A stretch of DNA of 60,541 bases, the filler included. It is 4 parts of 4 records of this genome, joined end to end, with 100 filler letters (N's around TTAATTAATTAA, not from the genome) between each part and the next. Parts side by side here need not be neighbours in the genome. Positions count along the whole stretch, not along the records: positions 36,536 to 53,724 come from SRR22947727_1697; 3 more parts are not named here. One strand, written 5' to 3'. Positions within the stretch are counted from its first letter, which is position 1; every line of letters starts with the position of its first letter. The translations under genes were made by a program, and so were the position numbers. Below the pieces are notes generated by a model. That model ran no database searches. It saw nothing but the letters and a program-made list of their open reading frames with translations, and was not told where the DNA came from. Of the stretch, positions 44,267-53,824 are shown piece by piece.

Positions 44267-45568
44267 ATGAAAAATGTTCTTCTCGCTACTACAGCGATTG
44301 CGTTGACTGCAGGTTATGCATCAGCGGAATATTCAATAACAGCTACAGCAAAATTGTCCTATGGCAACTTTGGTGAAGAGCACAAGGCCGGTTCTGCCAC
44401 CAAAGTCACAACAAGCACCGAAGCTGGTGGTGTTGTTGCAGCAGATGGCACTATGCCATCTACACAGCAGTCGACAGCTACCGCAGCTGTGGACGCCGCG
44501 ACTGGCGTAATTACCGCTGGTGCGCAAACAGCTATGGTAACGACCACTACTGCGTCTACAGATGCTGAAAAATTGGCTGCTAACAACGCCGTTGCCACTG
44601 CTGAAGCAGCTCTTGCTACTGCTGCCACACCATTGGCTCGTGCTAACGCAACTACTGCTCTAGCAGACGCAATTGCGAACGCAGCTGTAATTAATGACAC
44701 TGCCGCAGTTACACCAGCAGGTGCTGGTTATGCTTACGGCAGCGAATTTGATGTAGTTGTATCTGGCTCAGGCGAAGCAGGCGGCATTGCTTACTCGGCA
44801 AGCATGACTATTGATGAAGATGCGGCGTCTAACTCAACTGGTACAGTGTCAATGTCATCAAGCGGTTTCACGCTTGCTTACGGTCAGGATGACTTCGGTG
44901 ACTTGGTTGCAGACAACGGTAACGGTCTAGAAGAAGCAGCTGGCGACATTCTGCTGTCATATGCAGCAAACGGCATTTCTGCCAGCTATGAGATGAGCGA
45001 TACATCTGAAAGCGCTTACTACATGCGTGCAGGCTACACTGGCGCGGGCTTGACTGTAGGTATTGAATCAGCCGACACAGATGGTAGTGGATCAGGCTCA
45101 GCAGTAAACACAGTGTCTGTTGGCTATACAATGGGCGCGATGACAGTTTCATACGACTCAGATGACAAAGCAACCACGGCTACTAACCCAGTGGGTAACC
45201 ACTATGACGCAAAAATCACCTACACAATGGGCGATACTGTTCTGTCAGCGGGTACAGATGAAGTAGAGTCTCATTATGTTGGTTTGACTACGTCAGTAGC
45301 TGGCCTGTCTTTGACCATGCGCAGTGAGCAAGACAGTAAGAAAAAAGCTGACGGTACTTTGTATGCTTCTTCTGAAAACGAGGTTTCGTTGTCGTACACA
45401 ATGGGCGCTTTGACTGTTGCTTACGCAAAAGACACAGGCGACACAGGCTTATTCGGTGATGAAGCCGAAACGCTGACAACATTGACTTATGACTTGGGCG
45501 GCGTAAAGCTGGTTGCCAAAGGCAACGATATGGACGAAACTGAAGTTTCAGCAGCATTCTCATTCTAA
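44267..45568 (+). CDS. Outer-membrane porin, 433 aa, with a large Ala/Thr-rich insertion
   Basis: GAGG RBS, signal peptide MKNVLLATTAIALTAGYASA, repeated amphipathic strands (YTMGAMTVSY-type) and C-terminal Phe. It occupies the leuS-yggS porin position seen in Rhodobacteraceae. Confidence 0.85.
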   Translation: MKNVLLATTAIALTAGYASAEYSITATAKLSYGNFGEEHKAGSATKVTTSTEAGGVVAADGTMPSTQQSTATAAVDAATGVITAGAQTAMVTTTTASTDAEKLAANNAVATAEAALATAATPLARANATTALADAIANAAVINDTAAVTPAGAGYAYGSEFDVVVSGSGEAGGIAYSASMTIDEDAASNSTGTVSMSSSGFTLAYGQDDFGDLVADNGNGLEEAAGDILLSYAANGISASYEMSDTSESAYYMRAGYTGAGLTVGIESADTDGSGSGSAVNTVSVGYTMGAMTVSYDSDDKATTATNPVGNHYDAKITYTMGDTVLSAGTDEVESHYVGLTTSVAGLSLTMRSEQDSKKKADGTLYASSENEVSLSYTMGALTVAYAKDTGDTGLFGDEAETLTTLTYDLGGVKLVAKGNDMDETEVSAAFSF

Positions 45569-45591
45569 GTTAAACATCTTAGTTTGTTTGG

Positions 45592-45621
45592 AAAGAGCAG
45601 CCTTTGGGCTGCTCTTTTTTT
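45592..45621 (+). terminator. Intrinsic terminator of the porin gene
   Basis: AAAGAGCAGCC-TTTG-GGCTGCTCTTTTTTT hairpin with a U-tract. Confidence 0.9.
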
Positions 45622-45943
45622 GTTTGTGCAGATGTATAACTGGTGTCAAGTTCTACACAGAGCTTTGCTATACGCAGCTCACAGCCAGCAAGTTGTTTGT
45701 GCATAGCTCGCTGCTTTTGCAGCTTTTGGAGCCTGTGAATGCGGGGGCCGGTTCTATCCGGGGTGATGCGCGGCAGCGCGGCTTTAAAACGCCGCGTCAT
45801 TGCATATGGCTCTCGAATTTCGATCGGCATGTTGTTTGGGTTATGTTGCGCGCTCCTTTAGGGTTTAAAACAGCGTCGAAGGTTGAAATCACCCGTAAAA
45901 CCCTATCCTATTGAGGATAAACTACGAGCGAAGAGAAAAGTGC

Positions 45944-46627
45944 ATGAGCCTGGATCAAATTAAACAGCGGATTACACGCGCGGTTGAGGCGGTTACGCCG
46001 CCCGCGGCGGGCATCAAAACCCCTCCTGAATTGATCGCCGTGTCAAAAGTGCAACCCGATGAACGCGTGCGCGCGGTGTTGGCGCAAGGGCATCGGTGTT
46101 TTGGTGAGAATAGAGTGCAAGAGGCGGCGGAAAAATGGCCGAATTTCCGTGCTGAGTTTTCCGACATAGATCTGCACCTCTTGGGGCCGTTGCAAAGCAA
46201 TAAAGCCCGCCAAGCGATGCAGCTATTTGACGTGATACATTCGCTTGATCGGCCAAAACTGGCAGCCGCCTTGGCCCGATTGGCGCAGGAACTGGGACAA
46301 TGTCCAAAACTGTTTATTCAGGTTAACACGGGGTCCGAGCCGCAAAAAGCCGGGGTTTTAAACGTCGATTGCGATGCGTTTGTCGCCGATTGTCGCGCGC
46401 TTGATTTGCCGATTATTGGGCTGATGTGTATTCCGCCGGCTGAAGAAGAGGCCGGCGTCCATTTTCAGCTTTTGGCCGATATGGCGGCGCGCAACGGCTT
46501 GTCCGGGTTGTCGATGGGCATGTCGGCAGATTTTGAATTGGCCATCGCCCATGGCGCCACGCATATCCGCGTTGGATCGGCTATTTTTGGCAGTCGGGTG
46601 CCAGCGGCTAAGCAATCACCAGCTTAG
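45944..46627 (+). CDS. yggS: PLP homeostasis protein YggS
   Basis: LIAVSK, FGENRVQE, GPLQSNK, GLMCIPP and SMGMS.DF...G.THIRVGS motifs. Confidence 0.96.
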   Translation: MSLDQIKQRITRAVEAVTPPAAGIKTPPELIAVSKVQPDERVRAVLAQGHRCFGENRVQEAAEKWPNFRAEFSDIDLHLLGPLQSNKARQAMQLFDVIHSLDRPKLAAALARLAQELGQCPKLFIQVNTGSEPQKAGVLNVDCDAFVADCRALDLPIIGLMCIPPAEEEAGVHFQLLADMAARNGLSGLSMGMSADFELAIAHGATHIRVGSAIFGSRVPAAKQSPA

Positions 46628-47108
46628 CGCCAAATCTAAGGCCTTTGGCGATGCGGTGCAGATCTGCGCGCGACACGCCGATACAGCCTTCGGTCGGATA
46701 ATGCGGCCGCCGCCATTGGTGTAAAAAGATCGCCGAACCGCGGCCTTTCACAGCATAGGGCCAGTTCCAATTGGTGAGGATTATCAGATCATAAAACGGA
46801 TCCGCCCGCATTAACCTTTCATGGCGGCCTGAATAGGGCGTCCGCACCATCATATTATAGTCTTGATCGGTTGGATCATCCGACCAAAGATCGCTTGGGC
46901 CAATCGGGCGCGCCCAGTCGGTTGGTGCTGCTAACCTATCGGGGCGATAGAGCAGGCCAACGATTTCATGGCTGCCGGACGGGGTTGCCCCATCGCCTTC
47001 GCGCTTACGACCGCTGATGCCGCCGCGCCCAATGCTGCAAGGGTAGTATCGGCCCTGAAACCGCAGGCCGCGTTTGGTAAGCACGATATCCTTTGGCCTC
47101 ACCCTCAC
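46608..47108 (-). CDS. L,D-transpeptidase (YkuD) family protein
   Basis: KREGDGATP and GSAIFLH...PTEGCI motifs (His/Cys catalytic pair). Confidence 0.88.
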   Translation of the reverse strand: MRVRPKDIVLTKRGLRFQGRYYPCSIGRGGISGRKREGDGATPSGSHEIVGLLYRPDRLAAPTDWARPIGPSDLWSDDPTDQDYNMMVRTPYSGRHERLMRADPFYDLIILTNWNWPYAVKGRGSAIFLHQWRRPHYPTEGCIGVSRADLHRIAKGLRFGAKLVIA

Positions 47109-48196
47109 AAAAGATGCCCGGATTTTTGCGCCTTTGTCGACAAATAGCTTGCGTTGAGCGGGTTTTCCCCCCGCTTTAAGGGCACGCGCTCTGCGACGGT
47201 GATGCCTTGTTGCTCCATCATCGCCACTTTTGCCGGATTATTGGTAAGCAAGCGGATTTGCGAAATGCCCAATTTGCGAAGGATTGAAGCGCCGATGCGA
47301 AAATCACGCTCATCATCTTCAAACCCCAAGCGGTGATTGGCTTCTACCGTATCAAAGCCCTGATCTTGCAACGCATAGGCGCGCAATTTATTTGTCAGAC
47401 CGATCCCGCGCCCCTCTTGGTTGAGATAGAGCAAAGTGCCCGCGCCCTCTTGCCCCATCTGCTGCAGCGCCCCTTGCAATTGGGGGCCGCAATCACATTT
47501 TAAACTGCCCAGAACATCGCCGGTAAAACAAGCCGAATGCAAACGCACCAAGACGGGTTGCGCACGGTCAAGAAGACCGATTTCCAGCCCGTAATGTTCT
47601 TCACCCCCATCATCAGGTCGAAACACATGTAAGCGGGTGTTTGCTGCAGGCGCGGTTGGGATTTGCGCTGCTGCGACCGAAGATAACACGCTTTGCGCCT
47701 CTAAAAACGGTTTGGTTTGCTCTGCGTTCAGGCGCGTCAGCATTGCAAGATCCGGCCCGCTTATTGATCCGGGAAGGCTGGCCATCAGCGCAGCCGGCAA
47801 AAGATGCGCCGATTTCACCAAGGCCAGCGCAATCCGATCCAGGTAAACCTCTCCCCCGCGCAGGATTTGAAACGGACCTTTCAACGGAACACTGAGGTCA
47901 TCGACCGGGTTTGCAAGGCTTCGAAGCCAGGCCAAATTGCGATCTGCAGGCAGCGCAAGCCGCACCAGATCGCCGTCATAGGCGGCAATTTTCAGCGTTT
48001 CTGCGCGCTGTTTGGTCAGCACCATATGCAGGTGATGCTTGGACGCGATCATCTGATCTAGCCGGGCCTGGCTCAGCGTTTCGATGGGCACCACCAAAGT
48101 TTGCGCTGGCCCGTCGCTTAAGATCACGGGAACGCCCATGCGCAAATCAGTGCGCGCGCGCGCGATTTGTTCAATGATTGTTAACGCGACCCTCAT
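47105..48196 (-). CDS. ribA: GTP cyclohydrolase II with a degenerate N-terminal RibB-like domain
   Basis: RLHSACFTGD...CDCG, QEGRGIGL.NK and LLTNNP motifs. Confidence 0.94.
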   Translation of the reverse strand: MRVALTIIEQIARARTDLRMGVPVILSDGPAQTLVVPIETLSQARLDQMIASKHHLHMVLTKQRAETLKIAAYDGDLVRLALPADRNLAWLRSLANPVDDLSVPLKGPFQILRGGEVYLDRIALALVKSAHLLPAALMASLPGSISGPDLAMLTRLNAEQTKPFLEAQSVLSSVAAAQIPTAPAANTRLHVFRPDDGGEEHYGLEIGLLDRAQPVLVRLHSACFTGDVLGSLKCDCGPQLQGALQQMGQEGAGTLLYLNQEGRGIGLTNKLRAYALQDQGFDTVEANHRLGFEDDERDFRIGASILRKLGISQIRLLTNNPAKVAMMEQQGITVAERVPLKRGENPLNASYLSTKAQKSGHLL

Positions 48197-48392
48197 TTTG
48201 CGCCTGCAAGCCCTTCACATTGCTTCGGTTGGGTTGTGCTGGAAACGCAGAAGCGGGTCAATGTTTCATTTTTGGGTGATTTGGCTGCAAAACCCTCACA
48301 ATCCCACACGTCCGCGTGAACAACCGGAGAGAAGTCTTGCATAAAGATTTAAAGTTTCCCATGTCTAAAGGGACAGAAGAGGGATGGGTTAA

Positions 48393-49079
48393 ATGACGCA
48401 GGTAAGTTCGGTTTTATTGGTTGAGGATCAGGATGATCTACGAGACGCCCTTTCAGATCAACTGCTCGTCACGCAGGAATTCATGGTGGAGCAGGCTGCA
48501 AACGGGCAAGAGGCGCTGCACCATATCGCGCAAAAAAACTTTGATCTGATTATCTTGGATGTTGGGTTGCCAGATACGGATGGTCGCGAGCTGTGCAAGG
48601 TGATGCGAAAGCAGAATGTGAAATGCCCGATCGTGATGTTGACCGGCCATGAGGGTGATGCGGATACGATCCTTGGTTTGGACTCAGGGGCCAATGATTA
48701 CATTACAAAGCCTTTCAAAATGGCCGTGCTTTTGGCCCGTTTGCGCGCCCAATTGCGCCAACACGCGTTGTCAGAGGATGCAAGTTTTACGCTGGGGCCC
48801 TACACGTTCCAACCCGCCCATAAGATCTTGATCGCTGCGGATGGCCAAAAAGTCAGACTGACTGAAAAGGAAACCAATATTTTAAAATTTCTGCTGCGCG
48901 CCGGTGCTGTGATCGTACCACGGGAAAAATTATTGCATGAGGTGTGGGGGTATAATGCGGCCGTCACAACCCATACGCTGGAAACGCATATTTATCGCCT
49001 GCGGCAAAAGATTGAAGTGGATCCATCGCAGGCCAGTCTTTTGGTGACAGCGGCGGGCGGATATAAATTGGTGGCCTAA
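48393..49079 (+). CDS. Orphan OmpR-family response regulator
   Basis: Receiver domain (VED, LDVGLP, KPF) plus winged helix (THTLETHIYRLRQKIE). Confidence 0.95.
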   Translation: MTQVSSVLLVEDQDDLRDALSDQLLVTQEFMVEQAANGQEALHHIAQKNFDLIILDVGLPDTDGRELCKVMRKQNVKCPIVMLTGHEGDADTILGLDSGANDYITKPFKMAVLLARLRAQLRQHALSEDASFTLGPYTFQPAHKILIAADGQKVRLTEKETNILKFLLRAGAVIVPREKLLHEVWGYNAAVTTHTLETHIYRLRQKIEVDPSQASLLVTAAGGYKLVA

Positions 49080-49080
49080 T

Positions 49081-49571
49081 CTATTTGGCGGAGCGGTTTG
49101 GTGGGATTAAATCCGAATCGGACGCCGGAAAAGGCGAGGCCTGCATTTCAAACCGAATTGGACCGGCCCCTTGTTTGGCCAGGTGATCCTGAGCATTGAA
49201 CAAATGGCAGGCTTTCATTGAACGGCAACCGCAGCCAATGCAGTTTTCTAATTGATCCCGTAAGTTGGTTGCTTGCTGGATTTTCTATTCAATTCAGTTC
49301 GCATGGCCTGCGAGACCAAGGCCCATTCAGCGACGGTTGGCGATCGGTTCTGCGATAAAGTTGCAAGCAATTTTTTGATGTCGCGCAGGCGGAAACCACA
49401 TTTTTGGGCTATGGTTACAATTGAAACGCGGCGTATATCCGAGCGGGGATAGCGCCGTTGACCGGCGCGGTTGCGCTGTGGTATTAAAAGACCCGTAGCG
49501 TCATAATAGCGCAATGCCGAGGTAGCAATACCCGTGCGCCTTGCCAGAAAGCGGATAGAAATTTCCTGCAT
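49081..49571 (-). pseudogene. soxR: Redox-sensing activator SoxR, frameshifted
   Basis: The MerR HTH lies in ORF 49248-49571. The 2Fe-2S motif LENCIGCGCRSMKAC continues in the -1 frame from the A4 run at 49281-49284 to TAG at 49081-49083. Confidence 0.88.
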
Positions 49572-49585
49572 CTTTGAAAAACCAT

Positions 49586-49616
49586 TTGTCTTAAACCATG
49601 CTTGAACCGCTATCAG
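49586..49616 (+). promoter_or_regulatory. Degenerate SoxR box / MerR-type promoter with 19-bp spacer
   Basis: TTGTCT, 19-bp spacer, TATCAG. TTGTCTTAAACCATGCTTGAA aligns with the SoxR-site pattern TTGACCTCAAGTTAACTTGAGG and sits between the divergent soxR and VOC genes. Confidence 0.6.
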
Positions 49617-49650
49617 AAGAATCAGGTATTTTTATGATGCGAGGTATAGG

Positions 49651-50038
49651 GTGGAACATATTAGTTAAGAGCATGCGAATATTACGGTTTCTGATCCTGA
49701 AAAAACCGCGGCTTGGATGCAAACAGTTTTTGGGTGGCGCATACGCTGGCAGGGTCCAGCACTAAATACTGGATATACGGTTCACGTTGGAACAGACGCT
49801 CAGTATCTGGCGCTGTAGTGCCCTGCAGATCTGCAGAAAACACCGTCCGATCCAGATGGTTTTCTGGGCGGCTTGATTCATATTGGAGACTGCGTGCGCG
49901 ATCTTGTGGTCTGCGAATCCCGCGCGAAAAAGCGGGGTTTACACCCCGTGACCATGCAGAATATGAACCAGGGTCGCGATTTATTTTCATGATTTTGATG
50001 GCATTGAGTATGAAGTGGTCAGCTATTCCTTTGAATAA
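49651..50038 (+). pseudogene. VOC/glyoxalase family protein, disrupted
   Basis: Reconstructed as VEHIS*EHANITVSDPEKTAAWMQTVFGWRIRWQGPALNTGYTVHVGTDAQYLAL*...HIG...AGFTPRDHAEYEPGSRF/YFHDFDGIEYEVVSY. In-frame stops at 49666 and 49816; frameshifts near 49930 and 49981. Confidence 0.88.
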
Positions 50039-50100
50039 CACTGTTGCATCAACAGGCCCTGTGCTAGAGGCCTTCTAGCACATTTGAAAGGAGCCTTGTG

Positions 50101-50889
50101 ATGTCTTTTACGCTTGCCACTTGGAATATTAATTCTGTTCGCCTGCGCGTTGATCTGGTGGTACGCCTGCTGCAAGAAGAGGCGCCGGATGTGCTGTGTT
50201 TGCAAGAATGTAAATCGCCGGTTGAGAAAATTCCCGCCGAGGTTTTTGCCAAAATCGGTTATCCTTACACGGTTGCACGGGGCCAGAAGGGGTATAATGG
50301 CGTTGCGATTTTTTCTAAGCGGCCGATGGAAGAAGCCGCTGGGGAAGATTTCGCAGGATTGGGCCATGCCCGCCACATTGCCGGCCGTCTGGACAACGGG
50401 GTGACGATCCATAATGTCTATGTGCCGGCAGGCGGCGATATCGCGGACCGGCTTGTGAATGAAAAATTTGGTCAGAAATTGGATTATCTGGCGGATTTGC
50501 GTGATTATTTTGGTGCCGCCAAGCCGCAAAAATCAATACTTGTGGGGGATTTAAACATCGCGCCACGCGAAGATGATGTTTGGAGCCATAAGCAATTGCT
50601 GAAAGTGGTCAGCCACACGCCGATAGAAGTTGCCGCTTTGGCTGAAACTCAAGCTGCGGGTGATTGGGTGGATGTGACCCGCCAGGATATCCCGGAGGGG
50701 CTTTTATATAGCTGGTGGTCTTATCGCGCCAAAGATTGGAACGCAGCGGATAAGGGGCGCAGGTTGGATCATATTTGGGCCAGCAAAGATATTGCGCCGC
50801 TTGCCCATTCGTCAAAAATTCTGCGCGACGTGCGCGGATGGCAGCAACCGAGTGATCATGCGCCGGTTTTTGCCAGCTTTGACCTTTGA
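50101..50889 (+). CDS. xth: Exodeoxyribonuclease III
   Basis: TWNINSVR, LQE, GYNGVA, GDLN, RLDHI and SDHAP motifs. Confidence 0.96.
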   Translation: MSFTLATWNINSVRLRVDLVVRLLQEEAPDVLCLQECKSPVEKIPAEVFAKIGYPYTVARGQKGYNGVAIFSKRPMEEAAGEDFAGLGHARHIAGRLDNGVTIHNVYVPAGGDIADRLVNEKFGQKLDYLADLRDYFGAAKPQKSILVGDLNIAPREDDVWSHKQLLKVVSHTPIEVAALAETQAAGDWVDVTRQDIPEGLLYSWWSYRAKDWNAADKGRRLDHIWASKDIAPLAHSSKILRDVRGWQQPSDHAPVFASFDL

Positions 50890-50942
50890 ATTTCGCGCCA
50901 CAATCGCCATATAACCATTTAAGATAATTAAAGAGGTAGCAA

Positions 50943-51857
50943 ATGCTTGAATTAGGACAACCCAGCGCGCCGGCAGCGGCTGATGTGATTGCTGATGTGA
51001 ACGAAAGCGAATTCATGACCGCAGTCGTCGAGGCCAGCAATACTATTCCTGTGATTGTTGATTTTTGGGCGCCATGGTGCGGGCCTTGCAAAACATTAGG
51101 GCCGCAATTGGAAGAGGCGGTGAACGCTGCCAATGGCGCCGTAAAAATGGCGAAAGTCAATGTTGACGAAAACCCGATGGTATCTGAGCAGCTGCGCGTG
51201 CAGTCAATTCCGACGGTTTATGCATTTTGGAAAGGCCAGCCGATTGATGGCTTTCAAGGCGCGGTTGCCGCCTCGGAGGTGAAAGCATTTGTAGAGCGCG
51301 TGGTGGCGGCTGGCGATGGAGCGCCGGGGGGCGGTTTGGCGGATGCGATCCAGGCGGCTGAAGAGATGCTGGCCGAAGGTGCTGCGGAGGATGCCGCCCA
51401 AACCTTTGCCGCCGTGCTGGAAGAAGAGCCAAATAATCCGGCTGCCTATGGCGGTTTGGTGCGTGCCCATATTGCTTTGGGCGATCTAGAACAAGCAGAA
51501 GCTGTGCTAAACGGAGCCCCTACTGAGATTGCGCAGAGCCCAGAATTGGAAGCCGCCTTCGCTCAGCTTGAGCTGGCCAAACAGGGCCAAAATGCCGGCC
51601 CGCTTGAGGATTTGCGATCCGCGGTTGCGGCAAATCCGGATGATCATCAGGCGCGGTTAGATTTTGCGCAGGCGCTATATGCAGCTGGTGATGCTGAACC
51701 GGCTGTGAGCGAGCTTTTAGAGCTGTTTCGCCGCGACCGTGAGTGGAATGAAGGCGCCGCTCGCGCGCAGCTTTTCACCATATTTGATGCGTTAAAGCCA
51801 AATGATCCGATCGTTTTGGCGGGCCGACGCAAATTAAGCTCGATGATATTTGCCTGA
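50943..51857 (+). CDS. cnoX: Thioredoxin-TPR chaperedoxin (CnoX/YbbN family)
   Basis: WCGPC thioredoxin domain, TPR region and C-terminal RRKLSSMIF. Confidence 0.9.
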   Translation: MLELGQPSAPAAADVIADVNESEFMTAVVEASNTIPVIVDFWAPWCGPCKTLGPQLEEAVNAANGAVKMAKVNVDENPMVSEQLRVQSIPTVYAFWKGQPIDGFQGAVAASEVKAFVERVVAAGDGAPGGGLADAIQAAEEMLAEGAAEDAAQTFAAVLEEEPNNPAAYGGLVRAHIALGDLEQAEAVLNGAPTEIAQSPELEAAFAQLELAKQGQNAGPLEDLRSAVAANPDDHQARLDFAQALYAAGDAEPAVSELLELFRRDREWNEGAARAQLFTIFDALKPNDPIVLAGRRKLSSMIFA

Positions 51858-51883
51858 ACGGTATCGGGCGCTAATATTTGCAT

Positions 51884-52522
51884 ATGATAAATTCTTCTGA
51901 TTTTCCCGATATCATACCCGTATTCCCCTTGCCTGGGGCGTTGTTGCTGCCTCGCTCGCGTCTGCCTTTGCATATTTTTGAGCCGCGTTATCTTGCGATG
52001 ATCGAAGATGTTTTGAAAACACCGCATCGCTTGATTGGCATGATACAGCCCCGCGGGAAAAAAGCCTCGGACCGCATGCAAGCAATTGGATGTGCCGGCC
52101 GCGTGACCCAATTTTCGGAAACTGAAGATGGCCGTTATATGGTGACGCTGAGTGGGGTATCACGCTATCGTATCGGCGCAGAAGTAGACGGGTTTACCCC
52201 TTATCGCCGCTTTGAAACCTCTTGGACGGGCTTTGAAGGTGACCTTGCAAAATCTGAAAAAGATCCCGGATTTAGACGTCAAACGTTTTTCAAATTGTTG
52301 GAGCGTTACTTTGAAAATCGCGGTTTATCGACGGATTGGGAAACCTTGAAAGACGCTGATGATGAATTGTTGATCAATTCGTTGTCGATGCTGCTTGAGT
52401 TTGAAAGCGAAGATAAACAAGCTTTGCTCGAAGCCCCCTCATTGATGACGCGTCGGGAAACGCTGATCACCTTGATTGAATACAGTATGCGCGGTGGCAA
52501 TTCTGATGAGATGTTGCAATGA
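51884..52522 (+). CDS. LON peptidase substrate-binding domain protein
   Basis: [22 protein letters not shown] and DKQALLEA motifs. Confidence 0.92.
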   Translation: MINSSDFPDIIPVFPLPGALLLPRSRLPLHIFEPRYLAMIEDVLKTPHRLIGMIQPRGKKASDRMQAIGCAGRVTQFSETEDGRYMVTLSGVSRYRIGAEVDGFTPYRRFETSWTGFEGDLAKSEKDPGFRRQTFFKLLERYFENRGLSTDWETLKDADDELLINSLSMLLEFESEDKQALLEAPSLMTRRETLITLIEYSMRGGNSDEMLQ

Positions 52523-52704
52523 CTGATGCGGCGGCGCAGGCAGATCGGCGGATGCTTGAAGCCTTGGTTTGCCCGCAAACGCATACGCGGCTTGAATATT
52601 TGCCCGATCGTCAAGAATTGGTGTCAAAAGCCGCGGGCGTGGCCTATCCAATTCGCGATGGTATTCCGGTCTTACTGATTGATGAAGCGCGCCCTTTGGC
52701 GTGA
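52519..52704 (+). CDS. Trm112/YcaR family protein
   Basis: LEALVCP and [17 protein letters not shown] motifs. Confidence 0.92.
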   Translation: MTDAAAQADRRMLEALVCPQTHTRLEYLPDRQELVSKAAGVAYPIRDGIPVLLIDEARPLA

Positions 52705-52884
52705 GGCTTTTGCCTCGCGGCGCGCTGAGATTATGCGCCTGGCTTGGCGCTGATACCAAAGCGTCGATAAAAAATGAAAACAAGCGTCTTTTAGGCTGCG
52801 AATAAAGCCCATCTGTCCCCACGAAAAGCGCGTGCAATGGGTAGGTTGCTCTGCAAGCAGTTCTGCACGGGATCTGTTCGGGGG

Positions 52885-53724
52885 TCAGGGGGCAATACGT
52901 ATATGCGCGGGTGGCTTCTGTTCAACCCAGCTCTGATAGGCGGCGCGATAGCCTGTTTCCAAATGGTTGGTAAGCAAGCCTGCATCAAATAACGGGCTGG
53001 TTCTGCGGTTTTGCGCAAGCTTTTCTGTAACCGTCTGAAGCTGCTGGGGCGAGCGTGCCAGATCAAGAATAAGCGCCTCATAGGCCGCCTCGGTTTCTAC
53101 GATTAGCTCGGGCAGTCCGATGGCGGTTAACAGGCTGGCGGCAACCCGCGCTGCAAAGCCTTTGCCGGCTTTTGTGACCAGCGGAAGACCGGCCCAAAGC
53201 GCATCACTGGCAGTGGTATGGGCGTTCACGTTGAACGTATCTATAAAAAGATCCGCGCAGCTATGGCGGGCCAAATGTTCGTGATGGGCAAGCTTTGGCG
53301 CAAAGATCAAACGGCTTGGATCGATCCCGCGGGCTTGGGCGGCGTTGCGCAAGTTCTGCGAGACCCATTCATTTGCCTCCAGCAGCCACAGTACGCAGCC
53401 CTCGATTTGTGATAGCACACGCATCCAAATGTCGAATTCACAGGGGGTTATTTTATACGAATTATTGAAACAGCAGAGCACAAAAGCGTCTGCAGGCAAG
53501 CCAAGCTGGGATCGGCTATAAACGGTGTTTGCGATTGGGCGCATATCATCATTGGCCTGATAGCTATGCGGTAAAAAGATAATTTTCTCAGAATAAGCGC
53601 TTTCATATGCGCGAGGTATAACGACTGGATCGGCAATAATATAGTCGATGAAAGGCGCTCCAAGGCTGCCCGGATACCCGATATAACTGATCTGTATCGG
53701 GGCTGCTTTGAAGGCGAAAATGCC
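52885..53724 (-). CDS. O-GlcNAc transferase/SPINDLY-like glycosyltransferase (GT41), 5' truncated
   Basis: The frame stays open to the contig end. AAPIQISYIGYPGS, FNNSYKI and DLFIDTF..NAHTTASDALWAGLP motifs. Confidence 0.9.
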   Translation of the reverse strand, partial: GIFAFKAAPIQISYIGYPGSLGAPFIDYIIADPVVIPRAYESAYSEKIIFLPHSYQANDDMRPIANTVYSRSQLGLPADAFVLCCFNNSYKITPCEFDIWMRVLSQIEGCVLWLLEANEWVSQNLRNAAQARGIDPSRLIFAPKLAHHEHLARHSCADLFIDTFNVNAHTTASDALWAGLPLVTKAGKGFAARVAASLLTAIGLPELIVETEAAYEALILDLARSPQQLQTVTEKLAQNRRTSPLFDAGLLTNHLETGYRAAYQSWVEQKPPAHIRIAP

Positions 53725-53824
53725 NNNNNNNNNNNNNNNNNNNNNNNNNNNNNNNNNNNNNNNNNNNNTTAATTAATTAANNNNNNNNNNNNNNNNNNNN
53801 NNNNNNNNNNNNNNNNNNNNNNNN
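53725..53824. other. Artificial contig-joining spacer
   Basis: N44-TTAATTAATTAA-N44. Confidence 0.98.

Noticed and set aside
45622..45943. Possible sRNA or small ORF between the porin terminator and yggS
   Set aside because: Only a repeated TGTTTGTGCA decamer is visible, with no convincing structure, RBS or protein motif.
48197..48392. FMN riboswitch upstream of ribA
   Set aside because: The conserved RFN motifs (AGGGCGGGGTGAAATTCCC-like) are not present.
49270..49295. Programmed -1 frameshift in soxR
   Set aside because: There is no X-XXY-YYZ heptamer, only an A4 run, and the partner gene is multiply disrupted, so pseudogenisation is the simpler explanation.
49682..50078. Track ORFs 49682-50041 (-) and 49713-50078 (+) as genes
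   Set aside because: They are off-frame or antisense readings of the VOC pseudogene.
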